A stretch of 63,340 nt of DNA, counting the filler, from Perkinsus chesapeaki ATCC PRA-425 (taxonomy: Eukaryota; Protista; Perkinsozoa): NCBI GenBank assembly GCA_013115145.1. It is 15 parts of 15 records of this genome, joined end to end, with 100 filler letters (N's around TTAATTAATTAA, not from the genome) between each part and the next. Parts side by side here need not be neighbours in the genome. Positions count along the whole stretch, not along the records: positions 1 to 22,790 come from JAAPAO010000572.1; 14 more parts are not named here. One strand, given 5' to 3'. The notes under the pieces were generated by a model, which had not been told where the DNA came from, ran no database searches, and saw nothing but the letters and a program-made list of their open reading frames with translations. Shown here in pieces: positions 1 to 11,865 of this stretch (position 1 is the stretch's first letter; every line of letters begins with the position of its first letter). Both the position numbers and the translations under genes were made by a program.

Positions 1-991
1 ACGGTTGCGTGAGCGCGCCGTATTACCGTACTTTGTACGGTACGGTACCGTAACGTAATTGTGCCCATCTCTACTTCAAACTGTGGCTAATACTTGAAAA
101 ATGAGTCGCTGAATTCTAGTGTGCAAGAAACTCCTTGCGTTCAAGAGTCACTGGAGTTTTTCTCGTCTTCTTCCATGTTTGGTGAATCGTTTTTGAATGG
201 AAAGTTACCATTCAATAATACGGTGACTGGTGCTTTGAGAACGCTTGAGAGCTTCAAGCGTTAGTGTCCCTAAATGGTTATGAGAACAGATAGATCCAAG
301 CTGGTCCAAACTATCCATCCTGGATGCCAGTTAGATTATCCAGATCGAGGATGATCACTGAAACTGGCTGGACTAAGACTTTTGCGGTTGTTCATTAGGA
401 GTCCTGATTCAAGACCATAAGCAACAGCGCCACTTTGCATCAAGCCAATAACCGTTACTGGCATGCAAATGAGGAGGTGCAACGCCTGCTCTGCTTACAG
501 TACGCATTACAGAGTCGCTTGGGTAAACCCCAGGATAATATGATCGTCACCATATACTCAGGCGTACCTGTGACAGGGTGTGATGGTAGATCACCTCTAT
601 AGAGATGATTCATGATTGTTGAGAAATATATTTATGGAGCATCACTGGTCGAGTACTGTATGTGCCACAACACACTCCACTGAAGTGTGTTATGTCACTG
701 AAGTGACTTCAGTGAAGTGGTAGTTCCCATTCTACAATGCGGGAGTGATCTGAAATTTAGATCCCATAATATGGGACCCATATCAGAAGAACTTCTCTAG
801 AGGACACTCTGTTTCAACAAAGGCTTTGTTACTCCTGGGTATTTGACGAACGCAAAGCGAGAAGAGGGAATACAGAAGCGATTCAGATAACAATGACTCA
901 ACTGCGCCAGAGACTCCCTGCCAAGGCCAAAAATGGGTAGGTAAAGGCATAGTGTAAGACATCATTCAAGTTTAGAAATTTATAGAAGAAT

Positions 992-1655
992 TCAGTCGTA
1001 CGGCATATACCAAGCACAGTCGACAGTTAGAGCATGCAGAATAAAGCAATGCATATCAGTTGGACATTTCTTGAACCACTGAGAGAGGCGACATACTTTG
1101 GACTGACGACTCATTAGGAACCTTACTAAGCAACCTAACCTGCAGTGGCGGTTATACTCATATCCGTAGTGCCAACATTGATTAGCATTTCCTTGAGGTG
1201 GGGGCGGACACTCAGAACTATCAGAACAGCCTTTAGTGCAAAAGCATGGGCTTGGGTTGCTGTAAGAGTCGTGCTGACAAGATAGTTTATACGGGTTATC
1301 TAGTGCTCCATACTCCTACCGAATTGCATAATGGGAACCAGTTGTTTTCGCACGTACAATTATGCACGGAGGAATCGCTGTTCATAATACAGTGCCCAAC
1401 AGGCCGAGCATAGGGAACTGATCAAGAAATGGGCCTTCCATGGAACATATATGGATGCGAGATTCGCTCGAGTTTTGGATACTGGATCTTCATACCAAAA
1501 GGCTTAGTGATTGTGGTGGCCTCCGCGGGAAATTCCATCCTGAAGAGAAATACATTGGAAATCGAGGTCGTCGTGAATGCATACTTCTGCATATATGTTT
1601 CGTCCGCATTGATACCTAAGTTTCCAACTAAGATAAGAATGGAAACGGTTCTCAT
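992..1655 (-). CDS. Cys-rich putative secreted protein (multi-exon)
   Basis: MRTVSILILVGNLGINA signal-like start. Downstream frame reads KLSCQHDSYSNPSPCFCTKGCSDSSECPPPPQGNANQCWH...RHCRLGCL, then a 48-nt GTAAGG...CTCAG intron, then WFKKCPTDMHC...YMPYD*. Junction between exons 1 and 2 not resolved. Confidence 0.55.
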
Positions 1656-2300
1656 AGGGAATCTGATACTACTATCACAGCTGACATAGGCCCATAGACG
1701 AACTCTATGCGTTGTCTAGGCTATCTCAGCATTTACATTGTCCATCAAGAGATTTCCGGTTACTCAGGGTCCAGCACAAGACAGAAGCTCATAATACTAT
1801 CGCTTGTGTCTCATAAGTTGTGTGGCTACCAGACAGTGGATGTCTGGCAGCTAAACGCTAACGTACACTTCGTCACACACCACCTAAAGTTCAAACTGTC
1901 GAGCTTGCGCAACTTGCCGAAACAGTACAGAGGGGGCTCTCGCGTTCTGGGTGCCCCTGTGACAACGGGGATGTCACAGAACTGCAGATGCACTTGAGTG
2001 ATACTACTGTTATCCATTGTGCGCCTCCCGCTTCCTATCTATCCTGCGAGAATTATATGAGCCTTAAGTGGGAAGAAGACTTCGTTGGCTCCTCCATATA
2101 TGACGAACACAAGGCGAGAAGGGAAAATAGAGAAGCGGCTCAGATAACAATTACACTATTGCGCCTTGACATTGTCAAGTTGATAACAATTCCTCACCAA
2201 CATGGTAATACCAAGGCAAGAGAATCGGTGTCTGCCCATAGCATAGTGCAAGGCAGAACTCACGTTCAGAAGACGTGATAGAATGTTCTGTATTAGAAGT

Positions 2301-2950
2301 TTACATATACCAAGTGCAGTCCATAGTTAGAGAATAGAAAATACTGCAATGCATATTAGTTGGGCATTTCTTGAACCCCTGAGAGAGGCGAGACAACTTC
2401 GACTGACGACTCATTAAGGACATTACCAAGCAACCTAGCCTGCAGTGGCGGCTGTACAGTTCTCCGAAGCGCCAACAATATTGATTAGCATTTCCTTCAG
2501 GTGGGGGCGGACAGTCAGTATTACGCCTGCAGCTCTTAGTGCAGAAGCAATGGGTCGGGTTGGTGTAAGAATAGTGCTGACAAGACAGTTTATATGAGTT
2601 ATGGAGTCCTCTACTCTTACCCAATTGCATAAAGGGATCCAATTGTTCTTGCACGTACAATTATGTGTGATGAACTGTCTGTCTAGAATGCAGTGCCCAA
2701 TAGGTTTGTCATAGGGAACTGATCAAGAAATCTGCCTTCCATGGAATATAAGAGGCGAGAATCGCTCTAGTCAATAATGACTCTTCATACCAAAAGGCTC
2801 CGGAATTGTGCTGGCCTCCGCGGGGAATCCCTTCCTGAGAAGAAGTACGTGAAAAATCGATGTCGTCGTAGATGCATACTTTTCCATATATGTTTCATCC
2901 GCACCGATAACTAAGCTTCCAACAATAATGCAAATGGGAATGGTTCTCAT
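2301..2950 (-). pseudogene. Paralog of the 992-1655 Cys-rich secreted protein with a premature stop in exon 1
   Basis: MRTIPICIIVGSLVIGADETYMEKY... stops at KSHY* where the paralog continues. Exon 2 reads CFCTKSCRRNTDCPPPPEGNANQYC...HCRLGC. Confidence 0.5.
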
Positions 2951-3022
2951 ATTTAATGTGATGTTAAGTGAGTAGCTCACTCGCGGAGATGCCAAAACAC
3001 TACAGAGGGTGGGGGCTTTGTG

Positions 3023-3205
3023 TTACACGAATCGTGAATTGGCAGCCCTTGTGACAACAAATGTGTCACAGAACTGCACGTGCTTACACGAATCGTGAAT
3101 TGGCAGCCCTTGTGAAAACAAATGTGTCACAGAACTGCACGTGCTTACACGAATCGTGAATTGGCAGCCCTTGTGACAACAAATGTGTCACAGAACTGCA
3201 CGTGC
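3023..3205. repeat. 61-bp tandem repeat, 3 copies
   Basis: TTACACGAATCGTGAATTGGCAGCCCTTGTGACAACAAATGTGTCACAGAACTGCACGTGC starts at 3023, 3084 and 3145; near-identical. Confidence 0.95.
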
Positions 3206-3855
3206 TCTACGCAGATTATAAGCAATACTACTTCTATTTATTGTGCACCGCCCGGTTTTTCTTATCCATTCTTCGAGATTCATCTGGGTCAGCAGGCAGC
3301 CTATGGCTGGAAGTCTCAGGCTGAGCTTTCGCTGAGTCATCGAAGCGTTGACTATCTCATGATATGAGATGTTCGTCATATATGAGACTCATATACGACG
3401 AACATAAAGAGGAAACATAGGAGCAGCTCAGGTTACCTGAGTCGGAAACAATGACACGATGGCGCCATTAGAGTACTTCTTTACGAGATCAGATCGAATG
3501 ATTACGTATACCGTTACCGGACTAGATTAGGAGATCATAGTAATACCATTATTCATGTTCAGAAAGAAGCTGTGTTTTCGGCCAACGGGGAGTTCACATA
3601 TACCGGGTATGCAGACTGTACTTACAGACTGTACCGTACAGTCCATACTATGAAATCGATTTTTGTAGAATACTGTAGTGGAGTGATCGATGTTGACCGT
3701 TCTGCGCGCGATCATGGCCGGATCGATACGTATTAGCTATTAGCACGCAGGCGCATATCTCCCCCTACAGTTGCTCTTATCGGAGCCGTATTCTCTGATA
3801 GCGCCCGTTAACGCACCATAATGTGTTGCGTTCATGAGAAACACTTGCACAAGTC

Positions 3856-3933
3856 ATTGCAATGAATGCAATCAACGGACTGATGGGGGGTGACGTGACA
3901 TCATGTAAGGATGGAGCGCGGGCGCCAGCGACA
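3856..3933 (-). repeat. Start of the 3' LTR, matching the 5' LTR remnant at 8692-8769
   Basis: 77 bp with three mismatches to 8692-8768. Begins TGTCGCTGGCGC on the minus strand directly after the PPT. Confidence 0.75.
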
Positions 3934-3946
3934 CTCCCTCTCACCC
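3934..3946 (-). promoter_or_regulatory. Polypurine tract of the Gypsy element
   Basis: Minus strand GGGTGAGAGGGAG immediately 5' of the TG that starts the LTR repeat. Confidence 0.65.
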
Positions 3947-4109
3947 GGAAAAGAAAGTGAATCAACGGCCGGTCATCAGCCTGATCCGATCAGGTGCTAC
4001 GTACAGTAGGTGGGATCGAGGCAGCCGGTAAATTCCGAACTGCGGTAGGAGAGATATACTTCAAGTGGTGTAGATGGATTCACGCTTAGTGGACCGACCA
4101 TTAGTTATA

Positions 4110-4537
4110 CAGTCCTCCAAATAAACTTAGAATATTTTGAAATAATATCGTTACTTCACAGCGGGAACGAGTTTAGTGCTCATTTTCGGATATGTTATGC
4201 ATATCCGTTTGGCTTTGATAAGCGTTTTCTTTTCGGGAGTAACGTTCTTAGTACGGGCCATTAAGGAACCAGAAGTGAAGAAATCACTGACAATCATGCT
4301 TTTCTGGTGACTATTCGCCCGCTTACGAAAATATTCTAAGTTAATTTGGCAATTCTGGCACGCGCAAAATTTTCGCTCGCCCATATATCAGTAACTAGGC
4401 ATGAAACGGTTACAATATTTTGACAAGTGGGTCTGAACTACCATATGCATAACATATCCGAAAATGAGCACTAAACTCGTTCCCGTTGTGAAGTAATGAT
4501 ATTATTTCAAAATATTCTAAGTTTATTTGGAGGACTG
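4110..4537. mobile_element. MITE, Tc1/mariner-like (95-bp TIRs, TA target duplication)
   Basis: TIRs 4110-4204 and 4443-4537 (CAGTCCTCCAAATAAACTTAG..., 2 mismatches), flanked by TA at 4108-4109 and 4538-4539. Interrupts the integrase C-terminus. Confidence 0.9.
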
Positions 4538-4539
4538 TA

Positions 4540-7500
4540 GCAATTTCGTAGACCCGAGGGGAAACCACACGGACAATTCGACAAGGATGAAAGGGACGAC
4601 AGTACTTCCGTTGCTTGCCGAAGCGACGAACCAACCAAAGTTCGTCAACATCGGGGAGACGTCCGGAACGGAGCCGTGGCAAAGAGGGCACAGGCGTAAC
4701 CGAAACATCGGAATCGGTGACAAGATCAGCAAGCTCTTCTGGAGGACGGAAAATAGGGTCAACTGTAGGGTAAGGCCAAGCAGGGAAGGTAAACACCAAG
4801 GAATGAGGAGTTCGACCAGTTCGGCGAGTAACATCGGTGTTGAACATAGAGGTAGCTTGAGCAATGATTGTCTTGAAACTGCCGAAAGTCAAAGGGGTAA
4901 TGCGAGCGTAAGCGCTCATTGAACTCGATGTGCACGCTCAACCTTGCCATTGGACCAAGAACTCTCGACAGGAGAAGGCACCGAAGAAGCTCGCATCCAA
5001 TTTAACGTAGAGAGAAACTCAGCTGACGTAAATTGGGAGCCTCCATCATGGTAGACCCTCCGCGGAACCGTATTGAAGCACTCGAATACGGACCGCAACG
5101 AGGCGAAAGTAACTTGAGCGGTAGGCATAGATTTGGTGACACGAGTAAGAAGATAACCACTAAAGTTATCGACAAGGGTAACCCCATACAGCTCGTATTC
5201 CTTGTAAGGTCCCACAATATCCATATGAACACCTACCCAGGGGGAAAAGCACGGGGAAGCTCGGGGCCCGAGCCTCGGGCCTATCAGATAAGCCAGCATC
5301 CACTGCTGCTGACATGGTAACCTTACTCGTAGTCTACGAGTCGTAGAGCAAGTAGGACAAGAGCGAACAAAGTCACGACAAAACGCTCGCAAGGCAGGGA
5401 ATACAACGAGCTCACGGAGGCGGTCGTGTAGCGCGGGACTACCCTCATGCTGATGGAGGGCACGAGCAAGGCCAGTCAACAGCTGCTTATCATGGACCAC
5501 TAGACGCCCCTGTGCATCCCGCTCAGGCTGAACAGAGAGACTGCCAAGAAATGCAGTCAAACAGGAGTGGGTAGGTAAGGAAGGACCAACATCACGAGGA
5601 ACGCAATATTTGGGGATCCGACTCAGCGGATCCGCAATATTAGAGGCACTGTCGACATGGACAACAGTGATATCCAAACGAAGAGCGGTAGCCGTTTCCC
5701 GGAGAACGCGGAGTCGGTTCTCAACAAGGGTAGCATTGAGGCCCCCAACAGCGCGCCGATGTTTCTGAAGGTTACGAGTGACCCAAGAAACCGCACTGGA
5801 ATTATCACAACAAATGGTCAAGGGCAAACGGGAGGCCCAAGAAAGGGCACGAATGTATTTCTCGACGAGCTGCAAGCCCGTAACGAGCGCGTCGAGTTCG
5901 GCCAGGTTTATATGGCGATGATCGCCCGGCTTGCGAAGGTGCGTGCCATCTTCAACAATAACAAATCCAATGCGCAAGACAGAACCATAGGCGTACTTGC
6001 TACTATCAGTAAAAAGGACCCATGGATCTGTAGGACAGTACTGGCAGGACCCATGGATCTGTAGGACAGTACTGGCATGTCCCATGCGCAGTATCGCCGG
6101 ATTCGAGGAGAGCAGCTTGCAACGCGTGGCACGCGGAAAGTTGGTGATCATCCAAAGGGGAATCCCACTGCGCGGAAGTTCCATCATGGCGGACGCATGC
6201 CAGTCGTTTCAGGGCCGAAAAAGCAGCTCTAGGCCAGCCGACAACAGGATGGTGCGCCACATATTTTCCTGCCCACTGATGAATGCCACGGCGAGTGGGG
6301 ACCTCCAAAGTGGGAACGACACCTCGACGATGCCACTGCCCACTCGAATCACACTGCAAGCCTAGCACGCGGCTAGTAAGGAGGGGCTCGGGCTCCTTAG
6401 TAGGGAAGTTCCCTAAGGGAACCCGTTGGAGGACAAGATGTCCCGAACGTACTGCAGTAACTCCCGAGGGAGTACTATATCGTCGAGGTACTTGTCAAGC
6501 TTGCTGCGAACCGATCACAGAATACGATCGAGACATACCTCGAGGCATTTCGGAGAAATGCTGAGCCCGAAGAGCAAGCGCAACATGCGAAACCTTTCTG
6601 GGCGCTTCAAACGGAGGCGTAGACCTAGATAAAAAGTTTGTGGCTCAAAAACGCGTATTTGGAGAAACGCCTTTTTCAAATCCAGGAGGAAAAAATCTTC
6701 CGGATTGCCGGGGAAAGCACGCCAGCGCCGGAGGTGCTCGGGGCAGGCGACTGGGCCGTCGCGCAATTCGTTGGGTAGCTACGTATACGATCATTCAACC
6801 ATTTCAGATCGATGCAGGGCCGGACCGGAGTGGTGACCTTATGTTCTTGGGGTACTAAGACAAGTGGGCTGGTTGCCTGGAGGTCAGGAAGGTCAGTGGG
6901 TACCAGCCAACCTGCGGTAATCCATTCCTCAACAACCGACTGCCATTGACCGGCAAGGTGAGGAGGAAATTTCGACTCGACATTGTAACCCGGTATCATG
7001 ATGTGGCGAGACGGAACATCGTTGAGCCATTTCTGGCGAAGAATGAAATCGCTTGTCTCGACATTGTCATGATTTGACTTTGTTCATGATGTTGTCGAGT
7101 CGACAACATCATGAACAAAGTCATACCCACGAAGGCTCCCGATTTCGAGGGAAAGAGTCACAAACTTGAACCCCAACGGCCTGGGGCGGTTGGGGAGGGG
7201 ACAACGACAAACACACAGGCCGGGCCTGCGGAAGAGCAGAAAAATCCCGATGCAAAGGAAACGAATAGAATGGATGGCCATCGGAAGTAAAGGAGAGGGT
7301 AACTCCCCCATGGGCCCGAATGAAATCGAGCCCAAGTAGGCCACTAAGCCGTAGACCCGACACCAGGGGAAATGAGGACGCGATTCCCCAACGGGGTAAG
7401 GTAACACCGAGTATGTCTAATTGACCTGCGCAAAGCTGTACTGGCAGTTTGCCGGAAATGCCTTGTAGGCTGGAAAAGTGGCCATCAGAACGATCGGCAG

Positions 7501-7711
7501 ACGCGGTCGCTGTTGACGCGTCGAAGGTGCTCAGGGAGCAGCCGGAGTCTAAGAGAAAAAGACGGGTATCAACATCCTCAATTACAACTAACGGGCTCAC
7601 CTTAGACGGACGACTCGCCTTGGAGCAAACATTGGCCTTATGGCCACCTTCCCCACATTTGAAGCAGACCACCGGGCTACTGCTATCGCCTTGGAGTACA
7701 GACTGCATCAA
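4540..7711 (-). pseudogene. Gypsy gag-knuckle/pol, frameshifted
   Basis: CFKCGEGGHKANVC knuckle; LLDSGCS protease; LDLKKAFLQI, FGL and YLDD (~6478-6489) RT; LFTDSSKYAYG...NIADPLSR RNase H; H..H..CPTC, DIVGP, DGGSQF and ERAH integrase. Split over several frames. Confidence 0.92.
6016..6077. repeat. 31-bp tandem duplication that frameshifts pol
   Basis: GGACCCATGGATCTGTAGGACAGTACTGGCA occurs twice. Removing one copy joins HGTCQYCPTDPWV to LFTDSSK in frame. Confidence 0.9.
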
Positions 7712-8672
7712 AGAGAGTAACTGATGAGCGGGTGAACTGCGCCCGTGACGACCTTTACCGCGGCCTTTCCCCTTTCCACCAGAAGAGAAACCACCAAGGC
7801 CGGGACCTTGGTGGCGAGTATACTATACTCGGTATAGGGGCCATGACGATGGGTAGTAGTCGATGAAGGGGTGGAATGAGCAACCATGCTCATCTCAGTA
7901 GGATCGTCATGCTCATCCTCAAACAAAGGACGGCAAATTTCGATACTCTCTACTAGAGTGATACGGCCATCAGGATGTTGAGACGGAACTTGTGAGAAGG
8001 CGTGCTTAACTTGGGCAGTCTTAGGAAGAGAGCTCCAGAGAATACTGGCGGCCACACAATCTCTGTCACGAGAGGTCAAGAACGGCCAATCTAGCTCAAG
8101 ACCACTCCGCGATACGGCTAGCAACATCGTCAATTTGAGTAGCACCAACCTCAAACTGTAATATGCGAAGTTTGCGGACAGCTTGGCTAGGTGTAAGCCC
8201 AAAAGCCTTGTCTAATGCAGACCAAATCTCCGTAACACGCCATCGCGGGGGTTTGCATGGTAGTCGACAATGCGAGCAGCATTATCAGTCAGAAATGCCC
8301 GGAGCTTATTCAGAGTTGTGGGCCACGTCCAACGTTTAACAGCGGCAAACGCGGTAAGTCTCCGCTTCCATTCAGTGAGGCTAATATCACGCTTGTTGCC
8401 GCTAAAGCGCTCAAGCTGTAGGGCCTTATCAGAGTTATCACGCTCGGCAATTGCATCTTCTGCGGCGCCTGCAGCCGCAAGGACACCACCTCCACCTGGA
8501 GGATCCTGCACACCGGCAGGGTCCGGGGGTCAGCTCCCACTGGGGGGAGTTCTGGAGGATCAACAACCTCATCAACCTCACCAGCCATAAAGGCATAAGC
8601 AACCTGGGGTCTGGCTACCATGTCGTCGGCATCGCCGGGGAACCCGAAATCCCCGATTGACGAACTTGACAT
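7708..8672 (-). pseudogene. Gypsy gag, frameshifted
   Basis: ATG at 8672 (MSSSSIGDF...). Gag-like LERFSGNKRDISLTEWKRRL...WTWPTTLNKLRAFLTDNA lies in an adjacent frame. Confidence 0.75.
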
Positions 8673-8769
8673 GAGGCGGAATATGGATAAGATTGCAATG
8701 AATGCAATGAACGGACTGATGGGGGGTGACGTGACATCATCTAAGGATGGAGCGCGCGCGCCAGCGACG

Positions 8770-10920
8770 ATGAATGAGATGGAACTGATAGCATCTCATG
8801 TAATGATTGACACTGATAATGCTACTGACCTAGAGATGATGATCGAGGCTCTCAAGCCTCAGTATAAGGGCCGAGAGTTTATGTAAGGTAGTTTATGCAG
8901 ATCGTGGGTGCTGTTCCAACGGTGAATACACTAAGTTGTTCGGTCGCATAAATGACAGTGCAGAGGTGGAATTAGATCTTTTTATTGGACACGTCGTATC
9001 GAGCAGTATGTTCGTGGATACCACCCTATCCGATCGTCGTTCTTCTCCGCACTACGCCAGTGTGTCTTCACTATCAGCCGTGGTGATGAAGAACTAGCAC
9101 TCAGTGCTATACGAAGTACTGGTAGGTGGGTGGAAACTCTTCACTGGAAAGCCTCAGCAGACGACAATACAGTCGTTACGTGCGCAAGGTGATTCCTGAA
9201 CCTATGTTAGTCCGAACTAGGCTGGAGGCCTTTCATAAGTACTACACTCGTTTGGATGCTCAGCTCAAGAATATGGGTGAAGGTTTTTTCTAGGAAACCC
9301 TAGCGTAGTTATCGTAGGTAGTTATCGTTGCGATAATCCGGCAAGAAAGGCCAGCTTCGGTCTCGATTATGAAGCCGACTGACACCAGTTCAAGCTCTTG
9401 AGCCACGTCGTTGAGGAAGGTGCTTTTGACATGGCTGATCCCAAGTTACTCGAAGAGAGTAATGTCAGCTCGTCTACAGGTCCTGTAGACCGATTCTCCG
9501 TTGGAACTCCTGTAGTACAGGAGTTCCAACGGATATCGAAGAATCGGATAGTGATACGGAGTCTATTTGGTTTGGAACTGAGGGTACAGATGAATTAGAT
9601 ATAGGTGAGACTCTCGGAGCAGAGGCTGAGGCGGATGTAGAGCCTACACAGCCATCGAGCTCAAGTCAGCAAGATGCATCTCGCATCTCGGATTTACGGC
9701 GCCAGTCAATCAAGTTCCGTGAGTCCATATTCAAGACCCAGAGTCCGTTATCGAACACACGCTCAGCAACGCTATTCCGTCAACTCGACGCCAAGTATCA
9801 ATTCTTAGATGCCGCAGATCGGGCTGTCCGCATTTGGGCAGAATTTGAGCTTCAGAGAAATGTGGATGCGACAGCCACATCTTCGAGAGCTGGTGCTTAG
9901 CCGGCCTCGGAAAGGATCGTGGGGCATACACCCCACTACTATCACGTGGGGCATAAAGGCTGTGCGTAGCCTCTCGAAAGAAAAAGACGCTGCCGATGCC
10001 TCAGGCGGGGTCCCACTATTCCGTCCGTAACTTCTCTGTTCGACGACGTAACTGGTGAATATAGTTTCGACCCTGAGCAGGGGAACCTCGACCGCGACTC
10101 GCGGTCCGCGAGGCTGAACATTCCGGAGTTCGGCATCCGAACAGGCATCCCCAAGTGTCGAAGTGCCGGGGTGTTCTAGCGGAGAATCTGTGTGGCGCTC
10201 GGTAGCTCTGAATGTTCAGAGTATGATGAAGAGGAAGGAGCTTCATATTACAAAGGGCGCCAAACGATGTGGAACGTGTGGCGTATCGTTCAACATACCC
10301 GACAGGCCACAAACACATCCGTGCATTCACGGTTACCGCATGTATCGCTACTGCCCACTGAGTCAGTGGCACTGACTACCCATAGCTCGACGAGTCGTCG
10401 ACGACGACTGGGTACTCGAGTTTGTCACTATACATCGAGCTTATCCTGCCGGGTAAGATTGAGGAATCTCAGAAAAGAAGGAGGGTTAAGGAGGGCTCAC
10501 TATGCTCTAGATGTGAGAAACCGTTATCCGCATGCCATTAACTGAACTTCAGTTACTGAAGGGGGTTACACAATATACTGGTGCCCTGATATGGACGGTC
10601 CTAGATGGTCATACGAAAAATGGAGGGACACGCCTGGCTTGGGGCCACGTGTTCTCGAAATGGTTCGCTTAAACGCCAGAAAGCATGATGCACGAGTGTT
10701 TGACGTCTTTTCTACTTATCCTGGATAAGTGGCAACAGTGGTAACACAACTCATGGATAAGTTATCCATGAGTTGTGTTACGCTAGTAACTGTTTCTATG
10801 TATCCTCTTCTCTTCCCTCTCTTTTTTCCCTCTTTTTCCCTCTTTTTCCCTTTCTTTTTCCCTTCTTCTTTCTTCCCTTTTTCTTTTCCCCCCTCTCTGG
10901 GTCAGGCTTTTCCCCCAGCC
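8770..10920 (+). mobile_element. Dada-like DDE transposon remnant, copy 1 (transposase pseudogene plus pyrimidine-rich 3' end)
   Basis: Manual translation across frameshifts: NEMELIASHVMIDTD...EALKPQYK, KVVYADRGCC (YADRGCC at 8894-8914), LDLF-(H)-WTRR (1-nt loss at 8984), GYHPIRSSFFSALRQCVF, YVRKVIPEP. After an internal deletion at ~9305 comes the same C-terminal region as ORF 19429-20913. These match my recollection of Dada/DUF6729-type transposase motifs. Confidence 0.7.
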
Positions 10921-10926
10921 AGCCAG

Positions 10927-10958
10927 GCGTGACAGGCAGGAATACTAACCGCTATACT
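10927..10958 (-). pseudogene. tRNA-Asp(GTC) fragment (D arm and anticodon arm)
   Basis: Reverse complement AGTATAGCGGTTAGTATTCCTGCCTGTCACGC matches tRNA-Asp at 22721-22790. Confidence 0.85.
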
Positions 10959-11272
10959 CTCGGAGTAAATGAAGATAAGTCGATTTGCAACAACGCGGGA
11001 AAATTTCCGTGCCAAGCCGTAGCATAAACACACATGATCACTTATTGTAAGATCGAAAATCCAACTCCACCAACTAGAGAGATCGTCCTAGTGCAGTAAA
11101 TGTACACCCCCGGTGCCCCCTGCTCAATGTTGGTCGAGTCTTCCTCGTGAAAAGCCTAAAAGGGCCTTGCGAGTGTGCCCGTGATTCACGCGTCATTGCA
11201 TCCTCTCAACATTGTTCAAGGGTAGGAGGGATCACTTACTATTTGACAGGTCTAAAGCTCATATTATCGTCA

Positions 11273-11362
11273 GGGGGACTAGGCTAGTCCGACTAGCTCA
11301 AATGGTAGAGCGTTCGCTTAGCAAGCGAGAGGCATCAGGATCGATGCCCGGATGATGCCCCA
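11273..11362 (+). pseudogene. tRNA-Ala(AGC) pseudogene
   Basis: Matches 21483-21555 but has a 14-nt insertion at the start of the A box and a rearranged 3' acceptor strand. Confidence 0.88.
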
Positions 11363-11617
11363 TTTTAAGCACTATAGATTTAAAATTGTCTACGGTACAG
11401 AGTGAACCGTGAACAACTTTTTTGGTTTTTTGGGGTCAGCAGGGGCAGCGTTAGCTCCTCTGTCCATTGGTGAAGAAATTCTGTGTATATCTGCACTAGT
11501 TATAGATCTACCTACCCCGGGAGATCGTGATGTGGGGGTCACTTAGCGCGCGTCAAAAAAATACGGAAAAATGCAGGGCGTGGGATTCGAACCTCCGAGG
11601 TTGCATCTGAATGACGT

Positions 11618-11865
11618 AGTACTAGTCCTAGTGTGGGTGACCTAGTACTAGTTACCAGTACTAGTCCTAGAGTGGGTGACCTAGTACTAGTTACTAGTAC
11701 CAGTCCTAGAGTGGGTGACCTAGTACCAGTTACTAGTACTAGTCCTAGAGTGGGTGACCTAGTACCAGTTACCAGTACTAGTCCTAGTGTGGGTGACCTA
11801 GTACTACTCCTAGTGTGGGTGACCCAGTACTAGTTACTAGTACTAGTCCTAGTGTGGGTGACCTA
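11618..11865. repeat. 39-bp minisatellite (~6 copies)
   Basis: GTGGGTGACCTAGTACTAGTTACCAGTACTAGTCCTAGA in tandem. The last unit is interrupted by the MITE and resumes at 12575. Confidence 0.95.

Larger units (their letters stand above)
690..3470 (-). repeat. Diverged tandem array (~1.3-kb period, about 2.5 units) of small secreted-protein genes
   Basis: Paralogous blocks: the GACGAAC...GAGAAG...GATAACAAT segment recurs near 850, 2110 and 3400. Signal-peptide exons start at 1655 and 2950. Cys-rich exons lie at ~1000-1320 and ~2300-2620. Confidence 0.6.
3856..8769 (-). mobile_element. Decayed Ty3/Gypsy LTR retrotransposon (left end uncertain)
   Basis: Order gag, CCHC knuckle, protease, RT, RNase H, integrase on the minus strand. 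77-bp direct repeat at 3856-3932 and 8692-8768. Purine tract followed by TG at 3946-3932 (minus). Confidence 0.9.
9318..11400 (+). repeat. ~2-kb segment paralogous to 19633-21590
   Basis: Colinear high identity over the transposase C-terminus, pyrimidine tract, tRNA-Asp fragment, ~330-bp spacer and tRNA-Ala. Confidence 0.9.

Noticed and set aside
3239-3259. YCAPPGF peptide resembling a lentiviral Env motif
   Set aside because: Short ORF built partly from the 61-bp repeat and antisense to a secreted-protein segment; no other Env features.
4540-8672. Programmed frameshifting in the Gypsy element
   Set aside because: Frameshifts are numerous and fall inside RT and RNase H, one caused by a 31-bp duplication. 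This is decay.
11276-11297. Reading the scars as Dada footprints with a 6-bp TSD
   Set aside because: The filler always equals the reverse complement of the 6-mer plus one base on each side, which defines an 8-bp unit. Scars also occur far from tRNA targets.
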